Source of the DNA: Podarcis gaigeae
Lineage: Eukaryota
Reading direction: 5' to 3' (one strand)
Assembly (NCBI GenBank): GCA_964106915.2
Contig: OZ066925.1
Length of the DNA: 64,000 nucleotides
The stretch's first letter is position 1. Every line of letters begins with the position of its first letter. Shown here one piece after another: positions 37,829 to 51,516 of this stretch. A model generated the notes under the pieces. It ran no database searches. It saw only the letters and a list, made by a program, of their open reading frames with translations, and was not told where the DNA came from. The translations under genes were made by a program, and so were the position numbers.

Positions 37829-38933
37829 CCTTAAATGGTGAAAAATCCAGTCAGAGATTAAGTGGTGATGAAATACATCCAAGCAGATTTGACTATGCAA
37901 CCAAGTTAGTCAGGATAAACAAAGGTGATTGAGACGGATTGCCCAGGCTCAGAATGGGTCAACACTTTGGGCCTCCTTTCAGGGCAGTTCCTGAAAGATG
38001 CGCCCCTTTCAGACCAGTCTTACTAAGTTATGAAGCCTGGGTAAATAGAGCAAATTGGGATAATCCAGAACTTCTTTTTCAATTTAATTTCTACTGAAGA
38101 CCTTAGAGTTTGCGTTACAAAATGCCATGGTATGTTCAATTCATATTTATACTAAACCGGTGACAGCAATCGCGGTACACAACTCTTTATAGCTGAAATG
38201 AATTCTAATGTTCTTCACATATTCTCTGAATGCTCAGATATAAGACTCAACTGAAAGGGGAAAGTTTCCCTTTCCTTCTTTGTCAGCCATTCTGGGTCGG
38301 TGTGGCAAGAGGGGGATTTGTGTCTGTGCAGGCTATCACTATCTCCACCCAGTCATCCTTGAAGGATATGTGAAGTTCAGGAACAGTGGTTTCCCCTTTG
38401 TTTGTGCCAAGAAGAAGTAATCCAAAGTGGCACATTGGATTATGCATGCATCACCAGACATGATTTATGGCACCTGTTTGCATCGGATCACTGGCTGATG
38501 GGCCTGGGAGCTAAAAATAAATGTGCAAATTTTCACACCTGAGAACTGTCTACATTGCTATACCTAGTGAATAGGTTTGTAGAAGAAAACAACACTAAAA
38601 AACAAATTAGGCCCAAATATCTGCTAAGAGCAGTTTTGCTTGACATAAATAAATTTGGCAGGGCCAAATGGGCAGTTCCTGGCCAGGCATAGTCTTTCTG
38701 GTCTGAGACAGGGCTTGGGAAAATCTGGCAGGTCATGGATGGAGGCTGGCAAAATCTAGAACCAGTGCCCCATGCACCAGTTACTTGATAGAGCACTTTC
38801 TTTTCTACCAAGAACGGTATAAATGGTAAATACTGGCTGGTTGGGAATCTAAACTCGGAAGGAATAAATTAAAACTGCATATTAATAACGGTTTGGTGGG
38901 ATTTATTGTGCTCAGGGTAGGACCATGTAAAGG

Positions 38934-38934
<1 letters not shown>

Positions 38935-38982
<48 letters not shown>

Positions 38983-39030
38983 TGTACCCCACCCTCCCCA
39001 GCCGGAGCCAGTCTCAGAGTGGCTAACATC
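38935..39030 (-). repeat. (AAT)n microsatellite plus L2-type tail
   Basis: About 15 AAT units next to a sequence homologous to 51465-51515. Confidence 0.7.
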
Positions 39031-42000
39031 ATATAACATCATATATGTAATACAATATGAAAGGAAGAATTCACGAAAAACAAATTTGTCCCTGGGAAGG
39101 GAGTGATTCCAGCATGCTAAACGGGCTTCTGAGGCCCTTTGCAGAACAGCTTTCATGTAAGGAAGAGAGGCTTTGATTCAGAGAAATCTCATGATCAAGT
39201 GTCACACCAATATTACTTAGCTATATTACACTCTGTTTAATCAATTTCATTCCCATTAAAGCTTCTGGTTTTTCCCAAGCTGATCATTCCTTCCTTTCTG
39301 TGGAAGCAACCATTTCCCTTGAAAAGAAAAGAAAGTAGAAAGAAATGGAACAGTCCAGTTTGTACATGAAATGCAAATTTGAGAGAGAATTTATTTATTT
39401 GTTCACCTTAATAAATTTATTTTATTGTAGGCTCTCAGAATTCTGGAATGAGCATGAATAAAAAATGCTGTAGAAATAAACTGATGTAAATATTAACGCT
39501 TCAATGCTTTAGTTGTGATTCATATTATAGCTACTAACATGTTTTTGGGGGGACGGGGGAGTTAGAGAGATAAATCACAGTATTCTTCTAAGCTCTTGAC
39601 AGCATGTGCTTTTCTCCAGTCATTGAGGTTACTCCTGATATAAAGCCGGTTTTCTCAGAGTGTTATCGAGTAGATAAGACTGTGGAGGTTTACGAGATGC
39701 ACACTTGAGCAGTTCAAGCACAGTGATGCTAGACAGAATTGGTTATTGGAAATTTCCAATTGGACTTGAGGGAAAGAAGCAATAGATTCAAAGCTCCTGT
39801 CTTTCTCAATCAGCAGTTTCAAAAGCATATCAAGCCGCCACCAAAAGAAGGCTAGTGTTAGATTAAAATGTCACACGATTATCACATATAGCTCTAAGTG
39901 ATACTGGATATTCTATTATCTGCCTCATGTAGTCCTAAATTGAATTTAAATGTCGGTTGAATATGTTAATATCTCAAACTCTGCAGCTTTGAATTTCTTT
40001 CTAAAAGTTGTTGTAGGTCAGCCTACAATGTTTTTGTTGATGTTAATTAAACCTCTGCCCAACGTGAAGGTCCTTTGGACCACTGAACTCTTCTCGGTTG
40101 CGGCAGGTAGGTTGCTGGAGCTCTTCACTGCTGCAAGGTGGCAGCTTCAATGCATGCCTAAAATGCCAATGCCATGCTCTTCTCCAGGTGACCCTGGGGG
40201 CGGAGGTGATGTCCACCCCCTCAATATTCCTTAGCAGGGGACTCAGCCTCCCTCCCATTATTGAGGCGGCAAAGGAGGCCAAAGTGCTGAGCCGAGCTCA
40301 GTGCGATGTCAAAGGCAGGCTCTTCCTGAGTGCGAGACAGGAGAAGCCATGGCCACTGAAGCTGCGTGGTGCTGGGTAAGGCCTCATCCCAATGACACAT
40401 GTGGCATGCATGTGACGTGTCAGGCTCGTTGCGTGCATGAAGTCACATGTGCAATGCACCACTGCCCCCCAATCTTCGGCCCAAGGCATCACCACTGCCA
40501 TTCTCGGATTGACAGAGCAAACTAGTAGCAAATAATTTTTTATTCACTGAAGACAGCTTGCAGGTTATGAACAGAATCAGGAGCAAGAGGGAGCAAGTTT
40601 GTAGGAATCAGTGTCCAAGTGCGAAAGCACAAGCCCTGGAGGCAGATGGACCCTCCTCTTTCAAATATGAACTCTGTTGGGGAGAACTATTGTAGAGATT
40701 ACACAATCTATTGGCACAACTCGACTGATGTGGAGATGGCTGCTTTGCTTGGAACTTCTGCTCAATCTATTTATCTCCCCTAGGCTGTGCTGATAATAAA
40801 GTTCAGGGTAGCATCTGAGTCACAAGTACCTTGCGGATCCTTCATCTATCCTCTGAATGCTCCTAAGCAGCTGTCATCTATTCAGTGGAGTGCATGCAGA
40901 AAAATTTCCTGGCACATTGTGCCCTAGACTAAAACCTGAATTCGTGAGGCTCACTGGTCCAGTTTTTATTTCCCCATGCATTAATTACATAGCAGATCTA
41001 GATAAAGAGGTTGGTGAATGGGGGCAGTCAAATGAATAAATTGAATGGACATCAAATATGGCACCAGAAAATGAGTGTATTTGAAGCAACAAGAGGAAAT
41101 CTATAAGGAAGGCAAGCTGCTGCCTCTTCTCAGGCAGCCACGGATATTAATTAAGATTCCACCATGTTGTACTATACGGTCAATCAATAGTTGTAGTGCT
41201 TTGACATTTCATTTACTTGTCGCCTGCTTATTAATGTGATGTGATTGAGCCTGGCATGCAATGTCCTCCATGGATTGCTCTGCCTGTGACGTTTGAGCTT
41301 TGAGGTGAAAAGTGACTGTGTTCACTGCTCAGACGGTGAGAGCTGACAAAAAGAACTTGTTGTAACTTTCTTTAATTCATATGGCATAAAGAGTAGCAAC
41401 CAATGCAGAGAATTTTAAATGCTGAGCAGCACACACAGATAGTACCAAAGGCTGCCCAGGCAGAGTTAATTCCTTAATTAATATTGATGCATCACGGTAT
41501 TAATACATTTCTCTATTACAGTGTTTAATTAAAGCTATCTACAGCACTTCAAAGTAAGTATTAGGCATAGCAAATGTGAGCTCAGTAGAACAATCTTACC
41601 TTGTGTTAATTCGCAATCCTACCTTGTGACTGTAGCTTGGGCTGAAGTCACTTGTAATGTACAAACTTGGGATCCCAGTGCATTGTGAATGATCTGCAAG
41701 CCTTGCTTTTATAGCATGTTATTAGTATCTAGCCATGGTAATTCCTGTGAATCAGATGCTGACAAATCACGTCTGCTCCTCTCTGTTTGCTCACTTGCCT
41801 GATGACTGCTGCTGCTGCTGCCTCCTACTCTGGCATGGCAATGAAGTGGCCCACAGCCTAAGCCCCTCTTCATACCACAAAGCTTGCTTCCTTGCACTGC
41901 CTGGCCGTGGATTCTCGCCTGGAGCGTGCTCTCAGTCCTGCCACCTGCTAGTTAAGGAGGCTACTGTTGAGTGCCCACAATCCTGAATCTAGCCCTGCTT

Positions 42001-42056
42001 GTGAAAGAACACTGTCCAATGTAACATTAGGGTTTGCCGAGGTTTAAGAGAGGACA

Positions 42057-42430
42057 TTTTGAATTATGGTGCTGGAGGAGACTCTTGAGAGTCCCATGGA
42101 CTGCAAGAAGATCAAACCTCTCCATACTGAAGGAAATCAACCCTGAGTGCTCACTGGAAGGACAGATTGTGAAGCTGAGGCTCCAGTACTTTGGCCACCT
42201 CATGAGAAGAGAAGACTCCCTGGAGAAGACCCTGATGTTGGGAAAGATGGAGGGCACAAGGAGAAGGGGACGGCAGAGGACGAGATGGTTGGATAGTGTT
42301 TTCGAGGTTACCAGCATGAGTTTGAGCAAACTGCGGGAGGCAGTGGAGGACAGAGGTGCCTGGCGTTCTCTGGTCCATGGGGTCACGAAGAGTCGGACAC
42401 GACTAAACGACTAAACAACAACAACAACAA
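42057..42430 (+). mobile_element. BovB 3' fragment (5'-truncated)
   Basis: ORF 42034..42414 FELWCWRRLLRVPWTARRSN..YFGHLMRREDSLEKTLMLGK; (CAA)n tail. Confidence 0.95.
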
Positions 42431-43532
42431 GTACTGACATCTAAAGGCCATCTCGATCACCAGATCATTGAATGTCAGTTACTAATTCTTTCATGAAATC
42501 TAGTTATAAAAATGTCACACAAGCTTTTTTCAAAAAGACATCTTGTCTTGATTCAGAGCACCCTTTCCTGAGAACTGAATAAGAAAAAAGATTCCCCCCC
42601 ACCCAGTAAAATGTATAATGTAGAACCTAACAGATATGAAGGGCAGAGGAAATGCCCCTGCGCTTCCTGAGAATTCTGGAGAAATGCTCTTATTATTGCT
42701 AGGAACTTAATTTTGAAGTTTTTTTTCTTACCGTTGTTTCTTAAAATAGAAGGCAGGAGCTAGTAAAGACCCTCTCTCCTAGTGTACTTTATGTTTCAAT
42801 TCCTCATATTCATCTCCTCCATACCAATGACACCAAGGGCACCAGTGCTTCCACTTACATGCACAGCTAATGAAGCAGCATTCCTTCTCCCCCTAAATGG
42901 AATCATTTTTCTGTCTTTCATCCAGAGATAAGGTGATGCAAATTAGAATGGCAAATCTCCTTATTGAGACAACATATGATAACCACCAGTTTTCCAAGAG
43001 CTGAGCTTGCTTTTCCAGAGACTCTCAATGTGAATAACCCATATGAGCATTTTCAGTATTATGCTCAATCTTCATTCTGTTTCCCCCCATCTTATTTTCT
43101 AGATTGTCATGTTGTGCTGTAACTTCTGTTGTTGTTGTTAAAAATTTGCATACCACACTTCATTCAAAGATCACAGGGCGGTTCACAACATAAAAATACA
43201 AAATGAGAACACAAAAGACATAATAAAACAAAAACAAACCAATTTTGTTTTAAATTGTTGTTAATTGTTAGGTTATGAGGTATTAAAAAGTACAATAAAT
43301 AAATAAGAGCTAAAGTCACTAGCCATATAGCTGACTTTATGATATTAGCATTGTGGTTCCAGTTGCAGCACACCCAGGCCTGTGCAGTGTCTGTAGCTAA
43401 GGTGTAATGAATAAACTCAAGCAGACAACAATCAGTGCACAAAATAGGCACAACTTTATTAATTCCAGATATAGGTGAGTTTTAGCTCAGGTGTTGGGTG
43501 TATATCCAGTTTCAGCCTCCTGGTGGAGGGCT

Positions 43533-43560
43533 CAACAACAACAACAACAACAACAACAAC

Positions 43561-43603
<43 letters not shown>

Positions 43604-43955
43604 TCCCCAGTCACTCTGGGCAGCTTCCAACAAAATATTAAAAATACAATGAAACATCAGATATTAAAAACTTCCCTGAACAGGGCTGTCTTCAGATGTC
43701 TTCTAAAAGTCAAAGAGTTGTTTATCTCCTTGACATCTGATGGGAGGGCATTCCACAGGGTGGACGCCAATACCAAGAAGGCCCTCTGCCTGGTTCCCTG
43801 TAACTCCACTTTTCACAGGGAGGGAACCACCAGAAGGCCCTCGGCGCTGAACCTCAGTGTCCGGGCCGAACAATGGGGATGGAGACACTCATTCAGGTAT
43901 ACTGGGCCGAGACTGTTTAGGGCTTTAAAGGTCAGCACCAACACTTTGAATTGTG
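43533..43955 (-). mobile_element. L2 3' fragment with compound (CAA)n(TAT)n tail
   Basis: Minus-strand AQFKVLVLTFKALNSLGPVYL..RAF motifs typical of L2. Confidence 0.88.
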
Positions 43956-44115
43956 CCAAGGATTATAGTCTTCCCAAGATGCCAATCTACTGAAGTGGCC
44001 GTCCTCAGGCCACTGCTGGAAACTCCATGGCTGTCTGCCCCACACTTGACTTCTGTCAAAACAAAACAAAAAATTCTTCCAGTAGCACCTTAAAGACCAA
44101 CTAAGTTAGTTCTTG

Positions 44116-44153
44116 GTATGAGCTTTCGTGTGCATGCACACTTCTTCAGATAC
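44116..44153 (-). ncRNA. Minimal type I hammerhead ribozyme (antisense copy)
   Basis: Minus strand reads gtat-CTGAAGA-a-gtgtgcatgcacac-GAAA-gcTC-atac. Confidence 0.8.
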
Positions 44154-44164
44154 ACACTTCTGTC

Positions 44165-44200
44165 TATCTGAAGAAGTGTGCATGCACACGAAAGCTCATA
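44165..44200 (+). ncRNA. Minimal type I hammerhead ribozyme
   Basis: tat-CTGAAGA-a-gtgtgc(at)gcacac-GAAA-gcTC-ata; intact core, predicted cleavage after C44197. Confidence 0.8.
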
Positions 44201-45520
44201 CCAAGAACTAACATAGTTGGTCTTTAAGGTGCTACTGGAAGAAAAAAAAATTGTTTTGACTATGGCAGACCAACACGGCTACCTATCTGTAACTTGACTT
44301 CTGGACAGAGAATTCCACCGAGACCCATCTAACCAGGTGTCCTGAGTACTCACCTGTGATACAGCAATTCACCCAAAAGCTTGATGACTAGGATTCCACC
44401 CAATGCCTTAACCACCCAAAATTGTGACTTTTGCAGTGATGAAGGCAAAAGCTTCAGACTGGCCGATTTGTCTGCAGATAAATTCTTTCCCAGCTCCAAA
44501 TACGGCAACCACTGGCAACCACAGATAAACTACAGCAAGGTCAGATAGTACAAAGGAAGCAAAACATTGTGAAGAAGCTACCTAGGAAACAAAACAAAAC
44601 ATGGCTAAACACGCAACCCTGGAAGAAAATATGTATGGTTAAATTTCCTAAGAAGCAAGCGATCTAAAATGCAATAAAAGGTTAAACTAAACTATTATAG
44701 GAGCATGAAGGGAGGGAGGGTTTGCTCTTATGCCAACTGCACTGGAAATGTCCAGCCCAGCCTAATTTTGGTGTCACTGGCGGACTGGAGTGGAAACTTC
44801 TAGCTTACAGCCCACCAGCAAAGCTCCACCCACTAGCAGCCCCCGATTGGCCCGTTCAAATGTTGATGTTTGGCAGCAATTCTGCCCTGCAGTCCCCATC
44901 ACTTCCTCAAAATGGGAAGCCAGATGTTGCCACAATTATCCGTTCTGGTTTTCCCTTTCACAGCAAGGCGATCAGAGATAGCCACTTTGCATGGAAAGCT
45001 GTTTTGACAATTGGATTTTTTCCTGTTCCATTTTGACTTTGATTAAAGCTTCACATTTCCATTAATTCATTTCATTACATTGGCAATATACAACAGTTTG
45101 CCCAGGGTGGAACTACACATTGCTTGCACCATGGGGGTGCTGGGAAATAGGGCACCCAGTATTCTGTGCTTCATTCTTGAAACATGCAGCATCTCTCAAA
45201 CTCACATGGAATATTCTGATTTCATTGTATGTACTTTCATGCCAGCTTGAGTGGCAATCATTGACAGGAATAGGGGTGAGGGCAACAGTGCCTAAGTGAG
45301 CATTGCATGGGACAAGGACGGGCAGCATTGTCTAGCAGTGTTAATTTGGGTGCCAACAGCCCCATCATCCCTTAATACTGGCATTAATTTTAGACGCTAT
45401 ATATTCAGGACCCATGGAGATGCTTACATTCAACCAAAGATAATCTCAACAGCACTGGGAACACAGAAGGAGTTGCTCTTAGTTGCTGTTCAACTATTGT
45501 AGAACTATTCACGTGAAGAT

Positions 45521-45790
45521 TCATAGAATCGGGGACCCTGAGGGTCCTCTAGTCCAATGCCCTGCAATACAGGAATTTCATCTAAAGCATCCATGGCAGA
45601 TGCTACCCAACCTCTGCTTAAAAATCTCCAAGGAAGGAGAGTCCACAACCTCCTGAAGGAGACCATTCCAATGTCAAACAGCTCTTACGATCAGAGAGTT
45701 CCTCCTGATGTTTAGTCGGAATCTCCTTTTTTGTAGTTTGAAGTCATTGGTTTGAGTCCTACCCTCCAAAGCAGGAGAAAACAAGCTACT
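45521..45790 (-). mobile_element. CR1 3' fragment
   Basis: catagaatc tail; homology to 1740-1990. Confidence 0.8.
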
Positions 45791-46989
45791 GTTGAACATA
45801 TTTTAAAGTATATTGTGACCTTCCCACTAAGCTTTCTGTAACACATACTACAATAACATTAATTCATGTCCATATTGGCATCAGGTTCTGAAGCCCAGTG
45901 GTAGATCAGGTCCTCAGTTTCATTCAGCCAGCTAATTGTCATTAGCTTTGCTGACAAAGAATGTCCTCACATTTCTTTCTCCTCAGCGTTTAATTTATAG
46001 TTAATTACACTGCATTGTGTCTTCAAAAGGGAGCACAAAAACTAAATAAAAGTGAACTGCTTTGTCTGGAATCTATTTGTGCTTTTGTCTTATCCTCCTT
46101 TTGAAAAAGGGAGAGCTTACTGTATGACACAGGCTGTTTCATTCACTCGCTTTCCAATTTAAGTGTACTTCACTTGTCTTACCTATTTGTAATAGAAGAA
46201 TCTGTGTCTCTTTCACTCCATGAGCAATACTCATCAAAAGAACCTGACTTATTGTACACCCACCTGCACCGAGGTTTATTCATTCTTGTGTCATTTACTT
46301 TCGAGGATGTCCTTGTGTGTCCTCATTGTATACTCTGCAGTGATTTGCTCAGAAGTCTTTCCCAGAAATGCAAGTATGAATATGCTTTGTGGCTGGGAGC
46401 CAGGAAACTGCACACGGTGTGCACCTGAACATCCTGAACTCAGCCACTGCTGGTGTCCCCACCTCCAGTATCATCTCTACAGCCTATAGAGGCTTTTGTG
46501 ACATGAAGAACTATCTGTGGCCCACTGTAAACACTTAGCACAACATTTTGCAGTTAAGATCACTCACATCTATTCCTATTTGGACTCTACTTTCGAAACA
46601 AAACTAGCTGTCACTTTCAGGGGGTGGGGAAACACTGACTCTAATGAAATTATATCATGCAGTTGTTTTAACAAATATTACTGCTAGAAAGGCATGGAGT
46701 GGGGGGGGGGGGACACATAATGTATTATTAGACTCTCATCAAGCAAGGCTCCTGCAGATGACCTGTTCAGTCAGCATAGATTTGCTTGCTCAGAGCTTAC
46801 ATAGTGGTTAGATTATATCCAATATCATTGAGCATTCATTCAGATTTGTTTATGGGGCAGATATATGATAATGAGCATACATCCAGTATTCATTCTGTTT
46901 TTCTTGTGGGGTATTTACATGCCTCCCATTCATCATCCGTTCATTGCCCACTACAGTGCAGGGACTTAGTGGCTCACAGCTGAATAGTA

Positions 46990-47241
46990 CAGTCATACCT
47001 CGGGATAAATACGCTTCACGTTGAGCACTTTTGGATTGCGTTCTGTGGCAACCTGGAAGTAACGGAGCATGTTACTTCCAGGTTTTGCCACTTGCGCATG
47101 CGCAGATGGTCATAATGATGTCATGCGCATGCGTGGAAGCGACGAGACATGACCTGCACACGCGCAGACGCGTCTTACGTTCTGTTCAGGATGCGAATGG
47201 GGCTCCGGAACGGATCCCGTTCACATCCCGAGGTACCACGG
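46990..47241. mobile_element. Tc1/mariner (Tigger-like) MITE
   Basis: Same TIRs and body as 22714-22929; TA TSD. Confidence 0.88.
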
Positions 47242-50121
47242 TATCAAGTTAGGCAGATACTACTAGAGAGGCACTTTCCAGATGAGTTCCCATCACAGGC
47301 CTCTTGTTTCAGGATGGGGAATTGCATGCAGCCCTGTCTCACCTCCAGTAAGATAACTGGTCCTTTCTTTTCCCCTATGAATTACTTTTTGAGTTTTAAG
47401 CTAAAGAGACTATCCAAGATGCACCAGAATAAACATGAAAGATATTATTTCAATAGCAACCTAATCCTGCCCATTCCAAAAACAACCACCCTATTTCTAG
47501 CAAATATATCTCTGTTCATATGTCCAGCACACTTGCTCTTCTCACACCAGTGCAATTGGAGTGACATGATGTTTGTATTTTTAAAGAAGACGCTAAAAGG
47601 GAGATGATACAGACACAAGCAAGGAAAGGAGTAATCTGAAAGAGTAGAAGAGTCCCAATGGCTGAGCAAAGGCACCAGCAGTCGAGTTTTTAGTATGAGT
47701 ATTCCAAAAATGGATTCCAGTCCCCACCCCCAAGGTTTGCAAAAGCTTGCCCTCATTTGTAAGCAACCTGCTCCTTAGGAGCCAAATCTACCATTTGCAC
47801 CCCTCCAGTCTGGCTTCCTGGGTTGGCATTCCAAGCTTAGAGTGCCAGACCTCTGGCAACGAGGGCAGCACATCAGAATCAAACTGGCTGGTGGAATACA
47901 AGGTTCATTTTTACAAAATACATACAAAAATGGCAGGAAAGATTTGTATGCTGGAATACTGCTCCAAATTTCATCACATGGTGTGATCCATGAAAATGGT
48001 GAGAAAATCACATTGCAAAACTTCTGCGATTTCCCCATTTAACAGGGTTGCAAACTGATGTGTGTGGAATCGATTGATTTGGAACAAACACCAAAATTCT
48101 GCTAGATTCCACTCAATATTCAGAAGCGGCTTTTAGGTCATGTCAAAGATAACATAAAATGTGGAAATTATCTGGTAGGGAAATGGACTGTCCCATTCTG
48201 AGCCCTTAAAGGTACCCCAAACCCGCTCCCTCCTCGTGGCTGAGCCCCTCTGCCTTGAGTCTCCAACTCAGGCATCCTTCCCTTTCGTGCTGCTTCTTTA
48301 GCGTCTGTCTCATTTTGTATCTTTTAACCCAAACCGTGTCCAAAGTGCTGAGCAGGGAAGAAATGTAGCCCTGTCATTGGCTTTTCCCTGACAATTTAAC
48401 ATAAAGGGGGAAAGCTGAGCTGGAGGTTTTCCTGCAGCTTCTGATGCCTGATCAGAGAAAATGCAAGTTTAGCAAGTCATACTTTATGTTGTTGTGCAAG
48501 GAAAGGAGGCAAAGAGGCAGAGGAGGGGGAAGAGGAATGCAAAGGGATGCAACACACATTCTCGGTCCGTGTCCTCTGCTTTCCAGGATGCTTGCAAAGT
48601 TCAGCTAATACTTGTTTGTCTTAAACCAGTTTTACTCTCCTATGTTTGTAAAAACAACTTTACTAATCCAATGTTCACATCATATAGATCCAAACGGTCA
48701 GATTTGTTTGTTTAAAGAAGTTGTATTTGATGATAAAATGAAAACTATCATGACAATAAAAGACAATTATCATGAAACATCATTGTCTGTACTATCGAAA
48801 CCATTATGCAGTGGTGTCTGGATATGCAATGATATTCCCTCCAATATGTTCTCATCACACCCAAATATCTGACTCATGTTCTTTTATGTTCTAGTCAGAA
48901 GTCTTGGAGGTATTTATTTTTAAAGCTGAATAATACTTTGTTTCAGTATGTTAGAGTCATTTAGACAACCCTTGATATTGAGTATTGCTGAGCTCAAAAT
49001 TTCTCAAAACACATTTTTCTGAGAACATTTGTGAGGTGTTTCTTTTTCCCACCTCCCCTAGCAAAGGATCACTTTGCAGAATTTTTGCCAAATATTCAGC
49101 ACCCTTTTTTATAGATGCTACCATTTCCCATTTGTGCAATACCTTGTAATGAGGCTAGGGTCATCTCTTCGCTTGAAACTGAATTTCTCCTCTCTCCCAA
49201 TGTTTGGGACATTTCTTTGGAATAAGTTTGGCAGTTTCCTCAAACTTGTTGTAGTAGAACTACAGAGACTCTGGGGGGAAAGTTAAGCCTTTCCAAATGC
49301 CTTTTTCCTTTGGAAAAAAATCTTAAAATGAATTTAGCTCAGGTAAAGGGTGGTAGACTCACATCTTTACAGCTCCAGTTTAGATTTTGTTGTCTTGTCC
49401 TGCCACTGCTCCTTAACCCTTAGGAGCAAAGAGGCTGGAACAGTCCAACTGGCATCCCAGTTCATTTCCTTACATCTCTGAGGAGATGGCCTCTAAAGGG
49501 GGCATTGAAAAACCCTTGGTGACCATGGAATCAGTGCATGAACACCAGGTTCCCCAGCGTTAACTGCGTGAATATCTGAGGCACAGCCTCCCCTGAGTTT
49601 AAAGCAGCTAGACATTTTAGTGGAAGTAGAAAGGGTAGTAATGCTGGTCATCACAGTATAAGCACTTGGTGAAATCCAAATCAAATGTCATTTTTAAATT
49701 TAAAAAAACTGATTGTTATGTATATTACTAATAATCATCATCACAATATTTAAATTTATATGATGTGCTTAAAAGCACCAATTAACATAAAACATTGAAA
49801 CAATATCATAAAACCAGAGCTAAGACTGCAGAAGATGGCACAAGGTCAAACTTACAATATTCTGAAAAGGTCTCTGAATTCTTTTGGCCATCATCATTCA
49901 AAACAGTTGAATTATGTGCAACAATACCTCAGCCATGAAGGAAACTCTTTTTAGTGTGTCCATACTTTTTTATAAAAGTATCATAGTAACCGTATGTTCT
50001 CAGGGATTTTTTAAAAAAACATTTATACATGGAAGCCTAACACATTAAGCAGAAGGCTAAGCTAGGACTCCCCTCCCTGTCCTTCCAGCCTTCCACAAGC
50101 AAGGTGCTTTTATCCGAGGAA

Positions 50122-50210
50122 TTATAGAAGGGACCCCAAGAATCATCTAGTCCAGTCCCCTGCAATGCAGGAATCTCAACTAGATCATCCATGACAGAGG
50201 CCATCCATTC
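50122..50210 (-). mobile_element. CR1 3' terminus, short
   Basis: tcatctagtcc..ctgcaatgcaggaatctcaacta, homologous to 1755-1795. Confidence 0.7.
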
Positions 50211-50924
50211 ATTCAAGCACATTCCCATATCTGGTATACCAAAGCATAGCAAACCCCCAAGTGCTGTCACACATGTTTTGTTTTGATGTAGACCAGCTCT
50301 TTGTGGTAGTAATTTTATTTTGTTTCTTGGAAAGAGAATTCTCAGAAGCAGTGTCTCAGACCATATAAGACAGCATGATTTAAAGAATTAATAAAACCAA
50401 TTTCCATTATGATGCAGTTTTGTGATAAATTCTGCCCATGAAATCCTGTCCACTGTAGTTATCAAACCATCTATAACCCTCGGAAAAATGGACTTTTAAA
50501 AGGAGATTGAATTTTCCCTTTCAGTATTTACAGTTAACTTTTAATGGGATGGTGATGTATAATAGATGCCCAAGTTAGCTGATCAGAAATTAACCTATAG
50601 CTGTGGTTGCAAGTCCAGTCCCCAAACATGCATTATGGTGATAGGTGTGGGTTGAGCACCGTTTTATTGTGTATAAGTCAATGGCACAAACCAGTGTATT
50701 AATAGTCACTTTTGAGAAAATGAGGTATGACTGATATTGCAGAGCACAGACAGATAATCATGATCATTCACTCAATAGTCGTCATTGAGATAGCAGCTTC
50801 TTTGAGGTAAACTTTCTCTAGTGAAAGGACTTCTCTCTTCAGTAGCACTATATTATTGATTCAGACTATAGCCTGGGAAGATCAAATCACCTCAGTGTAT
50901 TCATTTGCATTCAGAGCACATTTG

Positions 50925-50992
50925 ATATCCTGTTGGAAACCATCTAGAGTGGCTGGGGAGGCCCGGCCAGATGGACGGGGTATAAGTAATAA

Positions 50993-51049
<57 letters not shown>

Positions 51050-51050
51050 A
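50925..51050 (+). repeat. L2 tail with (TTG)n microsatellite
   Basis: Homologous to 33348-33410, followed by about 18 TTG units. Confidence 0.75.
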
Positions 51051-51464
51051 TAGTACTTTGTTCATGGGGACAGCAAGCAGCTCATGCACTGTGTGGTGTC
51101 TTCCACATGTTTTGGTCTATAGTTTGCACCAAGCCCAGCCATCGTGACCAATGATCAGGAAATAGCGATGTGCCATATCTTTTCCCTTTTCTTTCCTTCC
51201 TTCCTTCAGCCATCCTTCCTTCCCCTTTTTGCCACTATTCTGTTTGCTAGTTCGTAAAACTCTCATCAGTTCACCAAGCAGTCTAAAGGCCATTTATAAG
51301 GCTGTTTTAAAAGTCCTCACCAGATGTTGGGGCTGTGCAGTTCTGGAGCTCACATGATAAATGAAGCCCCGCTCATTCTCTAATGTATACAGGAGAGGTG
51401 TGTGGGTGTTAATGGGTACTTTCAGATGTATTCAAACACATTTGATTGTTTGATTGTTGATTGT

Positions 51465-51516
51465 TGTTAGCCGCCCTGAGCCCGGCTTCGGCTGGGAAGA
51501 GCGGGATATAAATAAA

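Larger units (their letters stand above)
44056..44291 (+). mobile_element. Palindromic Penelope-like insertion (pLTR plus inverted pLTR)
   Basis: ~95-bp near-perfect inverted arms (about 44056-44152 / 44165-44260), a unique 3' end, and a 12-bp TSD acttgacttctg (44044-44055 / 44292-44303). Confidence 0.85.
43392..44860 (-). mobile_element. Second DIRS/Ngaro-like LTR remnant, interrupted by L2 and Penelope insertions
   Basis: Minus strand shows a ccctccctccc tract (44710-44720) followed by aataaagttgtg (43449-43460), in the same order as 8048-8865. Confidence 0.4.

Noticed and set aside
39620-39708. Possible exon after tttctccag reading IEVTPDIKPVFSECYRVDKTVEVYEMHT
   Set aside because: No good donor, no recognised family, short.
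51245-51275. CTGATGA..GAAC on the minus strand as a hammerhead
   Set aside because: Stem II does not pair and GAAA is absent.
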